DNA from: the human T2T-CHM13v2.0 reference genome, Homo sapiens | Assembly: GCF_009914755.1 (NCBI RefSeq) | Contig: NC_060931.1 | Reading direction: 5' to 3' (one strand) | DNA length: 64,000 nt | Part shown: positions 42,497-57,959 of the stretch, one piece after another | Position numbering within the stretch: the first letter of the stretch is position 1 | Layout of the letters: each line of letters begins with the position of its first letter | The notes under the pieces: generated by a model | The model's database searches: none | What the model saw: the letters and a program-made list of their open reading frames with translations, nothing else | Told to the model about the DNA's origin: nothing | Program-made: the position numbers and the translations under genes

Positions 42497-45249
42497 GTTC
42501 TCATTCATAATAAAATTCTGTGCAGGAACCCAAACTCGACGGAATGTGGCCCACGGCATTAAATTTAGGTCCGGGGAAGGTTTGGGGTCACTTAAAGCCT
42601 GGTGTCTGAAAACCTTCCTAAGATGCTAATGATGTTCTAGCATTTTAATCTGCATAGCTTGGCTCAAGAGAAAACTTCCCTTGTGCTCTGTGGTCATCCT
42701 CTAAACCCCAGCCTTGGGCCAACCACCTAGCAAACTGCAGTCTTGATACCCAAGTGGAACGAGTCAAGGCATAGACGCTTCAGGGTCAATCCTTCATCAC
42801 CATTAGAAAAGCAACCTGTTCTCCCGAGGGCTGCCCAGTGGCCTCCATACCTCAGTAAACCGATCTATAATATGTGGACGGCGCAGAGGTCCGACAATCA
42901 ATCTCTCATCTCTGGGTTCAGAGGTAAGGTGGTCTAGCTAAGCATCAGCCCCCAGTCCCCAGCCTGCTGTTCAGACACCCCCAGCTGCCTTTTAAAAGGT
43001 CACCCATAAGGAGCCGTAAGCCCTGCAGTTGGCCCTGTTTCAGCAGATACCACTGGGGAAACACAGACCTTTCCTTTAAATTCCTCCCCTCAGCAGTCAG
43101 GTGAGTCAGGGAAAATTCAATCCAATTTCCCAGCAAATCCTACTATGCTCTGGAAGGACATGGTTTGAAAAATCTATTTTTGTGCTTTTATTTACTTAAG
43201 GTCTGCATGCCTGAGGAAGTTTTTTCATAGTGCCATCAAACTGCTTCTTGCTTACCAGGAAAAACAAAGATCCCACCTTTCTGTAACACCACCAGCCCAG
43301 CCACAGAATCCAGAGGAACTGCAGCTCCAGGCCCTTGATTCCCAGCAGCAGAAGGCTCACTCCAGCACCCTGCACAGCAGCCTGGCTCTAGCGTGGGGCT
43401 TTCCCCTCCCTGGGCTGCCCAGGGCTCACACAGTTTTGTTTTTCCTGGTTTAAATGAAGTTTCTGATTCAGAGGCATGACCTGTCTCTATGGGGTTTGTG
43501 TCTGTGATTCCAGCAGCTTCGTAGTGTAAACTGCTGGGGTCAGGGCTGGGTATCTCTGGATGGTCCCATCTTTCTAGAAGGGTCAAATGCCCACATGAGA
43601 AAACAAAACCCCTTCAATCTATTCAGGACTTGGAGTTGTCTGTATTGGTAAACTTAGACTTTGTCCCACATCTACTTTCTACCCCTGTGTCAAATCCGTC
43701 AGCCAGCCAACTTCAACTGAGACTCTTAACAGGACTCAATGCAACACACGGGCTTCACTCTCCACCTGCCCAGCAGTGGTGGGTTGTAGAGTGGCCCCTA
43801 CATTGCCATGGGAGGCCAGGGAGGGCAGTGGGCCGAAGCAGAGGGCATCCATGCATCCACACCACAGGGCTCTGAAAGAAATGGCCAAGGGCCCTTCTTC
43901 TCTGCCCTAGCTCTTTCTCAGCTCCCCTGGGAGCGTGGCCTGCTGGGACCCCATGAGTCAGTGCTCCCCTGCTGGCCCCACCCTGATGTCCAGGATCCTA
44001 TCTAGTGGAGGGACGGCTCCAGCCCTGGCTGCTGTGAGAAGGTGGCAGGACTTGAGCAGTATCCTCGGTGCTCTGGGCCTTTATCACTAACTTTTCAAGG
44101 CATGAGACCTCTCTGGGGCCCTAGAACACCTTCCACCTTTACTGCTGAGATAAGGCAGCGGGACAGGTTAATGGGTCCATACCTAACTGTGCATTGGAAT
44201 CTTTCAGGAGCTCTTAGGGGACAGATGACTGGGTTCCAGCCAGCCTGACTGAACTGGAAATTCTGGATATGCTTCCATTGCAAGAATCTGCATTTTGGAA
44301 CAAAGTTTTCCAGGTAACTTTGATGTAGCTGTTCAACCCGGCACTGGCCTAGACTTCCCTAATGGTAACTTCCCATAGGAACAGTCTATGATTTTACCTA
44401 TTTCCACCCAGTTATGAACTGGAACAGGGAAGGCTCAGGGGTGAGAATCATGTGCTTGATTTGCCTCTCCAGTGATCAGAGATGGGACTATAATACTGTC
44501 CCCTCTCTGAGGCGGCTAAGTGGTCCAGGAAGGAACCCTCCACAGGTAAGGGACTGAGAGCTGTGTTCAATAGGGTTTGTGTCCCTGTCCCCTCCCTGAC
44601 TCTCAGTGGGCAGGACTTCTACCAGCCTTGGCCAGAGGGAGAGAAATGGGCATCCCTTAGCCAGGATGCCTCCACCTGGCCAAGCTCCAGAGGCTAGAAT
44701 GGGGTGCCCAGCTTCCTTTCTGGCCTTTGAGCAGAGTCTTCCTGGATGCCCTGTCAGGTCCCTCAGGGTGTCTTCCCAGAAAAGCCCTTCAAGACAGGTG
44801 ATAGCCATGCTGAGACCAAATCAAACCAGGAAAGCAAACCCTAAACTCTGATATGAATAGAGGGGAAGGGTCTAGCTGTCTTGCTTCCAAAAAGGCCTGA
44901 TTAAGAAGGGACTCCTGAGACTGGCTGTCCCCGACATGTGCATGTATGGGTGAAGAGCCAGCATAACCCACCCTGCCCCAAGGTAAGGTTCAGAACATGG
45001 GCTGTGTTCACAAGAAGGAAGCTCTTGTTGGAGATGAGTGGAAACATCTTAGGGAAAATTAGCCTCTCATTCCAACTAACAAGGAAGGGGAAGCATTTCA
45101 GGGTAGCCCTAGAAATAAATTTATATGCTCGCCTGACAGTTCTACAAACACTTATTCTATGTGTTGGGTGCTGGCCTGGGGCTAGACTATGATAGACCCT
45201 TAAGGAGAAGATTTATTGATAAAATAATATTATTGAAAAAACATCAATC

Positions 45250-45480
45250 ACAGCAGCCGGCATTTATTGAGTATTTACTCCACGTTAGGTACTGTGCTAA
45301 GTGCTGTTCATTGATTGTTTCATTGAATCCTCACAGCAGACCTGCAGGGGTGACATTATCTCCATTTTATAGATAAGGAAATAGAAGCTCAAAGAGGTTA
45401 AGCTATTGGCTCCCAGTCTCACAGTTTGGGAATGCTGGAGCCAAAATCTGAACTCAAGGCTGCTGGATCTTAACTCTTAG
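45250..45480 (-). mobile_element. MIR
   Basis: 'catttattgagtatttact...aatcctcacagc...ccattttatagataaggaaa...agaggttaag'. Confidence 0.7.
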
Positions 45481-46059
45481 GATGTTGTACCTTTTTAAAG
45501 AGGACGGCAGCTGGGAGAAAGGGAGACAGGCAGGCAGGGAAGTAACAAGAACTCTGAGGTCAGTTATGAATAAACACCCGTGGCGTAGCATTTACCAAAT
45601 GTCCAAGAACCAATAAAGAACAGAAGCTCCTGTCTACAATGAGGATCAGCTAGGATGACAACATACACACTTAAAACAACGAACGAGCCGGACAGTAGAG
45701 TGAGCTGATGTAGTGAAGGGCTAACCTGAGCCAGACAGTTAGAGAATGGGATGGCATAAAGTGACATGATTAAACAGGCAGAAAGGGCAAAGTGTGCTAG
45801 AGGAGGGAGCCATGAGCTCTGGCTAAGGTGCCAAGGGCTTTCTCTATAACCGGCCTTCCTGGGGGCAGGCGAGAACTTGCCAGGGCCCTTAGTGCTGTGG
45901 GGTGGGAAGGAGAACGCCAGCTGCTCCAGGACTTGGTAAGTTGGATATGCAGGAAGTTCAGGGGGCTGGCAGCTAGTGGCACTTGTGCCAGTGGGGAACC
46001 TGGGGTGACTCAGTGTGGGAAACAGGAGGTTGTTGGTCTCACCCACTGCCCTCATCTAC

Positions 46060-47520
46060 TCACTCATTTATCCAACACTTATTTATTGTCATTGATTATA
46101 TGCCAGACACTGGGGTACAGAGAAATGAATGCGATGATTTATGCCCTCAAGGAGCTCACAGATCATGAAAAGAGACAGGGCGAGACTCACAAGCCCACAG
46201 TACACTTGGCAAGTGATAAATAGGACGTGTGCGTGGCTCATGCTGCGGCAGAGGGCAGGGAGAGCTTCACCAGGATGACCCCAGAGTCGGTTCCTGAAAG
46301 ATGAGCACAAGCTTCCAGGCAGTCGCAGGGGGAGGGGCAGCCCGGGTCGTGGGAACAGCAAGAGCAAATGCAGTGTGGTGAGATGTGCTGGCCTGGTGAG
46401 GGTGCCACAGGTGGGTGAATATAGCAGGGAATGAGGATGCTGGGGGGAAGGGCAGGAGATAAGGCCAGAGAGGTGCGAGGCAGAGTTTTACCATGTGCTC
46501 ATGAGTATGAGAGAGAGAATGCAGAGAGCAGTGATCGGGTGTTTGTTTTGGAAGCAATGCTGAGCTTGCTGGAACAAGGCTGGAGGTGAGAGGGCTGCTG
46601 CAGGGTCTGGGGCTGCAGGGACAGAGAGGACGCAGGACCCAAGAGACATTTATTTGGAACTGACCACTGTGGGAAATGACTTAGAGCTTTCTGGCTTGGC
46701 CTACCAGGAAGAGGGGAAGACAGATGGGAATGCAGGTTACATGGTGCTAGAGACTGAACTGCGTCCCCCTGGATTCATGTACTGAGACCCTAGCACCCAG
46801 TGAGGTGGTATAAGGAGATGGGACCTTTGGGGAATGATGAGGTTTACATGGGGACCTAAAAGTGGAGCTCCATGATGGGATTAGTGCCCTTGTAAGGAAA
46901 GGAAGAGACACCAGGGCCCTCTCTGCCCAGTGAGCACCCGTCCACTCACCATGCGGGCACCCTGATCGTGGGTGTCAGCCTCCAAAATTGTGAGAAATAA
47001 ACCTCAGTTGTTTAAGCCACCCAGGCTATGGTACTTTCTTATAGCAGCCCGAGCAGACTGAGGACATATGGGGAGGAGAGCTTTGTTTTGCAGCCTACTA
47101 AGTGTGAGAAACTGATCTGCAGTCCAAGAGGCAAGCTGGGGCCAGAGAGACAGAGTGGGGACATCATGAGCAAGCGGGGGCCAAGCTGGGGTTGTGCACA
47201 GTCTCCCTGTGAAACAGTGTTGTCTGACAACAGGGTTAAGGCTAGAATTTGGGGAACACCAATAAATAACAAGAAGATGAGAGGAGGGAAGGGGCCAGTG
47301 AAGGAAGCTGAGAGGAACGCTCGCAGAGGGAGGAGGTGAGTCATGAGGAAGTGCCCAGGAGGACCCAGCAACAGAGTCAGAGGCACAGAGAAGCCACGTG
47401 GGAAGCACTGCAGTGTTCAACACCTCTGACAAGGAGTGAAAGCTCTGGGGAAAAAATAGGGTGTGGAAGTCAACTGGCAGTTGCTGTGGGGGGATGTACA
47501 ACCAAGAAACTTGTTTCAAT
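46060..47520 (-). mobile_element. LINE-2 fragments split by an MLT1 LTR
   Basis: L2 tail reverse complement at about 46060-46170; purine-rich L2-like body resumes after 47066. Confidence 0.6.
46745..47066 (+). mobile_element. MaLR solo LTR (MLT1A-like)
   Basis: 'tgctagagactgaactgcgtcccc...gagaaataaac...ttatagcagcccgagcagactgaggaca'. Confidence 0.75.
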
Positions 47521-48054
47521 TTTAAACAACAAATATGTGAACAGGGCTTTAGTCTGCAAGAAGCCAGCAGAGCCTTCTTTTCCCTTTTGCCATCTTCACC
47601 TGGCCTCCTGGGCCAGGGCACGCTGCCATCCAGGTGTCCAGCCAAGCTTCCTGTGCATGGATGACCACCTGTTGCCCCAGGATTTGGCACTGTCCAACTT
47701 CCCAGCATAGCTGCCTTTCTGCTGCCCCACCACAATGCCAGCTACATTGGGTGCTGACCACATGCCACACACCCTGCTCCACAAACATCAGTTAGTGTCC
47801 TGAAGAACCTCATGAGGGAAACTTGACCAGACCCAGCTTAGAGGTGAAGAACCCAGGCTTTAGAAAAGTCAAGTCACCTGCCTGATGTCATACTGCTGGT
47901 AAATGCTGTGCAGAATTTGAACACTGTGTGTCAAACTCCACTGCACTTCCCTGCCTCAAAAGAGCCTTTCATTTCTTCCTTGAAAGAGCTGCCCCACACT
48001 GACACAAACCCATGCAGGGCGAGAACAGGACACACCTTCTGACGCGGCACTCCT

Positions 48055-48528
48055 GGGTAGGCTGTTGCAGGAATGGCCCCCCAGTTGTTTATACCTTCCA
48101 ATCTTCACACCCTTGGGTTCCCCCTTTTCACATTGATTCTGGGCTCAGTCACATGACTTACTTTGGCCAACAGACCATTAGCAACTGTGACAGACACTTA
48201 TAAAATACTTATGCACTGGGTTTGTGTGCCCTCTCTTGTTCTCCTTGGAACCCTCATGTGGAAAGCCCGGGCTGGGCTGCAGTAGCATGGACGGACCCAC
48301 ATGGAGCACAGGTGAGCTGTTCCTGCCCAGACCTCTCCAGACTGAGCAGCCTCCCAACCACCAGACAGGTGAGGGAGGGCCTCTTTGACCATCCAGCCTG
48401 GGCTGCGCTATCCGCACCAGAAGAAACACCCAGAAGACCCACAGAATCATAGTAAGTAATGTTTACTGTCTTAAGCCATCAAGTTTTGGGGTGGTTTGTT
48501 GCACAGCAAAAGCTAGCTAACTGATACA
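48055..48528 (+). mobile_element. MaLR LTR (MLT1F/G-like)
   Basis: 'catgacttactttggccaa' and terminus 'aagttttggggtggtttgttgcacagcaa...taactgataca'. Confidence 0.7.
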
Positions 48529-49819
48529 AGTCCTTAAAGAGGCCTGAGCTAGCATCTCCTTCCAGCTCTGAAGCACTGGAGGATAATTCTTGGATCTCTA
48601 GTGTCCACAGACTCTTTCTGCAATGTCAGAACCACCCAAGAATACAGCACTGTCCTTGGCCTGGAGGGTCACTCTGCTCCTAGAAAGCAGGAAAAGGAAG
48701 AGGCCTTTATATACCTTCTCCCCAGGACACACAGGGCCTGCAGGCAGCCCTGGTGGGTGCCAGGTTACTTAGGGACAAGGTGACAGTGGCATGCTTTTGC
48801 CATTTGTCCCCAGCCAAGTGTTTTTCCACTGATGTGAAAGGAAAAAGATAATTTCTCTAGTGAGCCCTACTGCAAAGACTCTGAGGCAGCATTTCATCAA
48901 AGGGTGCTGGGAAGCACTGGGGAGACAGCAAAACCCAAAAACCTCCAGCTCCACTCAGCAAGGAGCTTGCTGCTTCTGTTTCCAGAGAGGCGGAAAAATG
49001 AATGAGCACTCAGGAAAGCCAACCTGATCAGTGGCACTTTGATAAGATGACAAAATTGCTCCCTCCTCCAGTCCAAATCCACTCTCTGTGGTGAACTATT
49101 ATGGGAAGGAAGCATCAACTAATTAGAAGCATCTCTGGGACATGAGAAAAATCAGCACCTAAAATGCCTAAGCAGAGAGAATTCCTTGTTAAGAAGAGAG
49201 AAAACAAAACAAAAAACTGCTAGGATGTCACTTTGCCCAAGCATATTTATAAAGGGAGGAGGAGATAAGAATTAATTGGGACAGGAGCTTCTACCTAAGT
49301 GACATAAAAGACACAATTATTTTTGCTGCTTTTACAGATCAAGTGCCCCTTCCAGGTGGGGATAGAGCCCTGGCACCACCCACCATTTTGAAAAATGACT
49401 TTTAGTCTTCCGTAGTTCTAACTAAGCTTGAAATTAAGATGGTTCTTTTGTTTACTCCCCCTGTTGGGGAAGCTCTAGCCACCTATCAAAAACACCAATG
49501 TCTGGATTATTTATTTCTCATTGTCCAACCTACGGGGCATAGAAGAGTTTTATGAAGCCAACATGTGAGGCGTTTCTCCCAAAGAAGCGTGGATGCACCT
49601 CCCCATATTGCAGAGCCCTTTTATACTATGGTCCTTTGATAATCTGGATTTTGACAGACAGAACTAATGCCTGACTTGGAGCAGGACAAAGAGCCCTGGA
49701 AGTCAGAGGCTTCATTCTTGTCACCCTCTTTCCTTTATAAGCTGCGAGCACTTGGGTAAGTCCCTTAACCTTGAGAAAATTCAATAAAACAAAGGGTTAG
49801 TGACTAATATATTACATCC

Positions 49820-50150
49820 TTTTTAAAAAACAAGTTGTGGTTTAAAAAGCCCCATATAACATGAGATCTACTGTCTTAACACATCTGTGAGTGTATAGTA
49901 CAGTATTGTTAACCATAAGCACACTGTTGTAAAGCAGATCTCTAGAACTGACTCAGCTTGCACTACTGAAACTCCACGCCCACTGAGCAGCAACCTCACT
50001 TCCTCCTTCCTCCGGCCCCTGGCACTCAACCATTCTATGTTCTGCTTCTACGAGTCAACTGCCTTAGATACCTCATATCAGTGGAATCAGGCAGTATTGG
50101 TCCTTTATGACTGGCTTATTTCATTTAGCATAGTGTCCTCAAGGTTCAAA
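49820..50150 (-). mobile_element. L1MA-type 3' end fragment
   Basis: 'tacagtattgttaacc...gcagatctctagaact...tgactggcttatttcatttagcatagtgtcctcaaggttca'. Confidence 0.8.
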
Positions 50151-50352
50151 TATATATCCTTACAATGATACTGACATGGTACTCACTGTTTCCATGGTAA
50201 GTGGTTACATATATTAACGTATTTAGCCCTCACAGAAACCCTTCAAGGTAAGGTGGCATGATTATCTCCTTTTGATAGATGAGGAAACTGAGGCAAAGGG
50301 AGGTGAAGTGAGGTGCCTATGCTTACCTGCTGTGTAAGTGGCTCCAGACTCC

Positions 50353-50711
<359 letters not shown>

Positions 50712-51059
50712 TAGCAAGTAGGCTCACAGAGATACTGAAGTCACTGAGGAAGATGGCAAAAGATGGGGCAGGGAGGATAAACGAGATGTGGTGTTGGAGA
50801 GATCTACCCTTGTATAGTTCAGAGTGGTCTTTCACAGCAGGAAGAGGATGGCCTTGGAGCCAGGGAGACCTGGGCCCAGTCCTGGCTCTCCCTTGCTCTA
50901 GGCCCTTGGGAAACACCAGTCACCAAAACTGGCAAGACCCTTGCCTTGTAGACATCACATGCTAGCAGGTGAGACAAACAACAAACAATAAGTATTCCCA
51001 ATAATGTCTGCTATAGAAAGGGTAAAGTGTTATAAAAAAACAAACAAACAAAACACTGG

Positions 51060-52390
51060 TGCTGGGAAGGCTGGCTGGAATTGTAAAAAGGGTGCCACTG
51101 AGAAGGTGATATCTGAGCAGACTAGAAGAAGGTGAGAAGGTAGATTGTGAGGCTGGAGCACATCTAGGGGATGGTGTTCCGCACAGAGGGAAGAGCTAGT
51201 GCAAAGGTCCAGAGAAGGGGAGAGCCTAGGACGTATGAGGGAGAGCAAAGAAGCCAGCCTGTGTGCAGGAGCCAACGCGAGCCAGCGTAGAGGCACTGAA
51301 GCCGGGGATGGCATGGGGGCGGCGGAAAGGCTGTGCCAGTGACTCTGAGTGGTGTGGGAAGCTATGCAGGCTTTTGAGCAGAGGAGTGACATGAACTGAT
51401 ACTTGGCTTTTATAGTAATTTAGGTGATGGTGGCTCAGATCAGGGCAGCAGAAGTGGAGGTGGGAGAAGCAGTTGGTTTTGAACCTAACCTGTTTCCTAG
51501 TGGACTAGATGTGGATGGGAGAAAAAGATGGGAGTCAAGGATGACACCAAGAGTTCTGTCCAAAGCAACTGGAAGAATGAAGTGGCTATCAGCTAACCTA
51601 GAAAGGCCACAGATGAAGAAAGTTACGGGGTCCCTGAAAAGATATGGTGAAGTCCTATCCCCAATACTTGTGAATGTGGTCTTATTTGGAAACAGCGTCT
51701 CTGCAGAAGTGATCAAGTTAAGATGAGGTCATTAGGGTGGGCCTTAATCCAATATGACTGGCGTCCTTATACGACGAGGAGAAGAGACACAGACAGGCCT
51801 GGAGATGATGTGAAGGTGGACAGGGAGAACACCATGTGATAAAGGAGGCAGAGCCGGGAGTGACACAGCTATAAGACATGGAAAGCCAAGGATGGCTAGC
51901 CACACCGGAAGCATGCAACAGATTCTGCCCTGGAAGCTTCAGAGAGAGCGCAGCCCTGCCAGCACCTTGACTTTGGACTTTGGTCTCCAGAACAGAGAGA
52001 GAATGAATTTCTGTTATTTTAAGCCATCTAGTTTGTGGTACTTTGTTGCGGCAGCCCTAGCAAACTATTACAGGGGGTAAGCTAACAATTCAGTTTTCCA
52101 CATGTTAAATGCTGGAGATGTCAAGCAGGTGGTGGGATGTCTGAGTCCCAAGTTCAGGAGAAAAGCCCAGGCTGCTGACAGGAGTCTGGGACATGTCTGC
52201 AAATAGAATGCATTTATAGCCATGGGGCTGGATGAGGGCAGCAAGGAATAAAAGTATACATGGGAAGGGAAGAGGGCCAAGGATTGAGCCTGGGGCACTC
52301 CAAAGCTGAGACTGGGAGAAGCAGAAACTGGCAAAGGACTCTGAGTTGGAGCAGCCCAGGAGGTAGAAGAAAAACCAAGAGTGCCAAGTC
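51060..52390 (-). mobile_element. LINE-2 fragments split by an MLT1 LTR
   Basis: 'ttttgagcagaggagtgacatga', 'gagtcaaggatgacacc', 'atttatagccatggggctggatgag'. Confidence 0.7.
51625..52072 (+). mobile_element. MaLR LTR (MLT1C-like)
   Basis: 'gaatgtggtcttatttggaaacag...gttaagatgaggtcattagggtgggcc...gcagccctagcaaactattaca'. Confidence 0.85.
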
Positions 52391-53269
52391 CTGGGGCCTG
52401 CATTTCTTCCCTGGCCCCATGGCTCCTGGTGGGCCAAGGCCTCCCTGCTGACCTACCTGCAGCCACCTCTCCTCTTCCCCTCACAGGCTAAGTCCCAGAG
52501 AGCCCACTGAACAGACCACTCTCAACTGCCCCCATACCTTGTCTTCAGACAAATTGTCTCCTCTGCCAGCTTCCCCTTTCCCTTCTGTTTTCTGGGTCTC
52601 AGCCTAAGAGCTCCCCTGCCTTGTGAATGCTTTGGACCACCCCAGGCACAGGGAGGCACCCTGCTCCCTTCTCAAGCCCCCCTGGATGCTAACCTTGCCT
52701 CAACCTTAGTGCTCATCTCCTATCCCGGGGTTGATGGGGATGTCTGTCTCTGTACACAACCAGCTCCCTGGCACAGAGCAGGCCTGCAATAAGCATTTGT
52801 TGAAACTGATGAATCCAAACATGGATGGCTGAAATGGGACTCTTCTGGCAGCTACCGTATTAACACTAAGTTTGGAGTCAACGAAAACATATGAACTTTA
52901 AAAGCAAGGTTTCTTAAGTTATATCTTTCCTACCTGTTCAGTTGATTTCCAAGTCTCAAGAATAGTAGTTTACATATATTCCTGTTAAACTTTTAGTTCT
53001 TGAGAGATCTAACTCAGACTAGCAAGATATTTGGGTCTTGATTCTATCAGTTTCTAAACTAGTTTTCAGGCTTAGCTTTCTGTTCTCCACAAACTTTACT
53101 GAGCATATCATCAATGTCTTTACTCGAGTCCTTAATACGAAACAAAGCAGGACAGGGGCAGGAAAGAAGCCTGTAACATTTCCCTGCAGTTGTCCCTCTG
53201 GCTCAGTTACGGCCCACTCACTGTACAGATATTTACTAAGCACCCACTGTGGCATTGTTCTAGGTGTCA

Positions 53270-53630
<361 letters not shown>

Positions 53631-53767
53631 AACAAAGATCCTTGCTCTGACTTCTCCACAGATACCGCCTTTCAACTGTTATGAATTTACCTACTTGTAT
53701 GACTTCATGTGGATTCCATCTTTTCCACATACATTTCATGACAGACTTTTGCCAAATGCTTTGTTAA

Positions 53768-54244
<477 letters not shown>

Positions 54245-54928
54245 TAGACTCTTCCTTTATCTGTAAATTCTGAAATTAAGTTTTTTTTCCTTTTCTGGAA
54301 ACCAGAAAATCATTTGGCCACTTTCTGTTTTCTGGGAACTCTCCTTTTCTCTCTGACTCTGCTAAGCTTACCAAAAGCAATTCTATCTCTCTCTCTCTTT
54401 TTTTCCCCCAGTATCCTAGGATGTCATTATCTGAACCTGAATTCTGAACTTGAGATAGCTGGGTGTTTTCTGATAATTTCTCCATGTATCCTGGATTCCA
54501 ATTTCCTCCCACCAGTATGAGTCCCACCCTTCCAAGTCTCAAATCTTTCTTTTTAATGCCCCTCTAGCCTCAATCCTTTCTTCCTCTCTTCCTCCATTTC
54601 ACCTTACACAAAAGCTGTCCTTCCAGAGGAGACGTCGTCCTCAGGAAATCAGTCTAATAAAACCAGCTTCGCAGCAGTCCCCATTCTCTGTAGGGTCCCA
54701 CATCTATCAGGTGCTCAGACCCTGCCCTTCAGGATGTATCCTCTCTACCTGGGGACCATCCAGTGTTTTCTCTTACTCGGCCTCCAATTGTGATCGCAAT
54801 GCCAGCAGCTGTGCTGATGGCCCCCTGAAATTGACTTGGCAATTCACTATCCTCACTCCAGTGAGCTTCTAAAGACTCAATAAACTTGATCTTTGCCCCG
54901 CCTCCTGCCACTTGAAGCTTTGGTGGCA

Positions 54929-54958
54929 ATGATGATGGTGATGATGATGATGAAGATG
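54929..54958. repeat. Degenerate (GAT)n trinucleotide repeat
   Basis: Read directly. Confidence 0.8.
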
Positions 54959-55959
54959 TTGAAGAAGGGGATGGGGAGAAGGGAGAGAAACTATCAATTC
55001 AGTGTTTTCCAGCAGGGTTTTTTTTTTCCAGGTTGTATGTCTGAGGAATATGAAAGCTAGGATGCCCATATACATTAGCATAAATATTGGATTATATTTA
55101 CATATTTTAGGTTATTCATAGGTACTTTATGATTACTTGACTTTCAGGCAGTTGCTTTTTGTTTTTAGTTTTTTTCTTCTACTTCTTAATTCCTTCCTCA
55201 TTACACAGGCTTGTTGACTCCAATGCTTAGAAATCCTTTAAAATACAAGTGAGGAAGAATCATGTATGAGAAAGGAAGGAAGAAGAGTCAGAAAGGGGAT
55301 TGACAGAGTTGCAAAATACTTGCAGAATTTAAAAGATAACATTTTAAGTTGTCTCTCACTCCTCATGGCTAAACATTCAGAAAAGATACAGAAAATCTCA
55401 TGTACAAATAAATTCTTTAAATAAGAAGAGAATGTTCTGAATGGCTTCCTCCTGGGGCTTTGTATTTATTACTTGGTTTCACAGAAATTGCCAGTCTAGA
55501 ACAATCAGTTCGTAGGACTGTTACAAAAGATCATTTACTAGAAACATATAAGAAATGGAACTGCTGCTAAGACAGGATGGGGGGCAGTGGATGGGACTAG
55601 TCCTTTCTGGAAAGGGGGGCCCACAATGCTCTCCTATTCCTCTATCCCCATGTCAGTTTTGCCTCTTCAGGGAAAAGATGTGAAATCACTCTTACACGTA
55701 TATAAAGGTGTTCATTTCCTCTCTCTCAGACGTTCTGAAAACTGCTTACTTGTGCCTGAAGAACCAGGTATTATGGAGCGAAGAGGGGGAGAAGTACCAG
55801 GTGCAAGACCATCTGAGAGTCAGAAATCATTGAAATCTCACATTTGCATTTTGTGCTTGGCTCTAGGAAAAGGTATGTACACTGCAGGCTGACTTTCTAC
55901 CTTATTATTAAGAGTTGTGTGATTTTGAAACCCCTAACTGTTCTACATTGAGATCACTT

Positions 55960-56900
55960 AGCTTTTTTAAAAAATGATAAAGAGGATATCTCATAAACTT
56001 CCAGAGAGAAAAACAGGTTGCATCAAGGACTCAGAATGGCACTGGGCTTTTCATTAGTAACACTGGAAGCTGGAAGGCAGTGAAGTGTTAGCTTCAAAAG
56101 TTGGAGGGGAAATTATCTTCAGCTGAAAACTCTATACCCAACTAACCATTATTCAGACTGAGGGAAGGACAAAGGCACTTTCAGACCCACATGGCGTCAA
56201 AAACTTTGCCTCCCAGGCACTCTTTCTCAGGAAGCTGTCAGAGGATGTACTCTCCCCTAAAATGGACAAACTAAAAAGTAGGAAGAAATAGGTCCAAGAA
56301 AAACAGGGATCTAAGCCTCAGAGGCACAGCAAAAGGAAATCCCTGCATGATGCTCGGCAGCTTGCCTAGGGAATCACAAGTCTAGGCTGGAGCAGGAGGT
56401 GGAAGATTCGGGAGCTGGGGACCGAGAGTTCACAGGATGCTTGTGAGCGTTTGGCAGATGCCACTGGTAGGCATTTAGGAGAATGTGCAATGGGCATCTC
56501 ATAGACAAAGCGGTCTTTTAAAGGCAATTATTAAAAGAAAAACAAAAAGTTATGTAAGAAAGGAAACCTAATCCCAGTACACTGGTTGGCTCCCTAGTGA
56601 ATAATATTTAAATCACCATCATACTGTAAACACTGACCATGAATTTTGCCTACCTGTATAGCTGTACTGGGAGGATGGGGAGGAGAAGTGAGGGTGGGTG
56701 GTACAAGAGGGCCAAATTCTTCTAACGGGAAGTCAGTAGGCAGTGTTTAAAACCAATAAATCAGGAACGCAGTCTAAGCATCTAATTTAGAGGGGTTAAT
56801 ACCAGAAAAAATAACAAAAAGATTTTAAAGAGGTTGTTCTGGGGAGAGGGTCTGGGGGCTGGGGAGAGTCTGAGAAGGGCACTAGCTGAATTTTAAACTG
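55960..56900 (+). mobile_element. Ancient L1ME/HAL1-like fragment (ORF1 C-terminal region and downstream)
   Basis: 'tcagaatggcactgggcttttc...acactggaagctggaaggcagtg...gaaaactctatacccaact' resembles L1 ORF1 3' part. Confidence 0.6.
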
Positions 56901-57959
56901 GTTTTAGAAAACTCTGAGAGAAAACAATTTAATGAGGAATGCACTGCCTTGAAACTGAAATTTTTATAGACACTAGCTTTTAATAGGCGAAATGGGGTGA
57001 CAAAGCAACTTAAAATGAGAGGTTAGGGTGGAGGAGGAGAAAGAGGAAGTATTACAAAATTCTTAGTGTGAAATGGTTCAGATTCAGAACCTATAAATGT
57101 GATTTTCGTGCTGCTGAAAACTTCCAAGCACAGCACTCTTGCAATGCTCCTTTCCCCACAGCCCTCAGGGAAGGGGCCCAGCAGCCAAGAAGTTTCCCAA
57201 CATCGCTGCCACCTTCACCATACCTGTTCCTGGCCCAAGTGGAGGCCCCAGTGGGAAATGTGTGTGCTGTCTCACCTCCAGCTGGGAGCTGGAATGCTCT
57301 GGAAGGTTCGTTCCTATGCAGGACAAGCCAAGAACTCTAAGGAGTTCTAAGCTAAGTTCTCTAAGCCAAGAACCCTGCAGAGTGCAGGGAGCACGGTGAG
57401 ATGCAGCTGATGACAGCTGTCACAAACACTGACCACTGAATTTAGAAAACAGGGGGAAACAGGCATGGGTCACTTATCAGTAATTTACCCCAGCAGGTGG
57501 GGTTCATGGTCAAAGTCAGTCAAGGAAAGGAAGCTCAGCAAAGAGGATACAAAGGATATTTTATTTAGCGGAGAGCTTCTCCTCCTCTCAAGGGCCGTAG
57601 ACATAAAAAAGCAACATTTTCCCATCGGACCAGGAAAGTGTTAAATTATACTGGTGTTTACTCTCTCATTTCCAAGGCCTGGGAGCAGGATGGGATATTT
57701 ATTTTTATTATCTCTCTGATGTGTTTAGAGTCCCTAATGAGGGCAGAAAGTAAACAAACATTTGATTGAAAACAGAGATGTCAATATGCACCCTCTACCT
57801 ATTGTTGATACAGGAGAAAGCAATTTCAATAAGATTGAAACAATTAGACTTGAAGATTGCTGTATGCAAACCACATGAAAATGGAAGCCTACTGCTCAGT
57901 GTGTAGAAAAAAATAAACCACTGTCTGTTGGTGGTTTTTTCTTCTGATTATATTAAAGT

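Noticed and set aside
47004-47735. 243-aa ORF, the longest in the track
   Set aside because: Runs through L2 and MLT1 remnants, non-ATG start, no recognisable domain
54869-55081. Poly-His ORF
   Set aside because: Translation of a short (GAT)n repeat with no convincing exon structure
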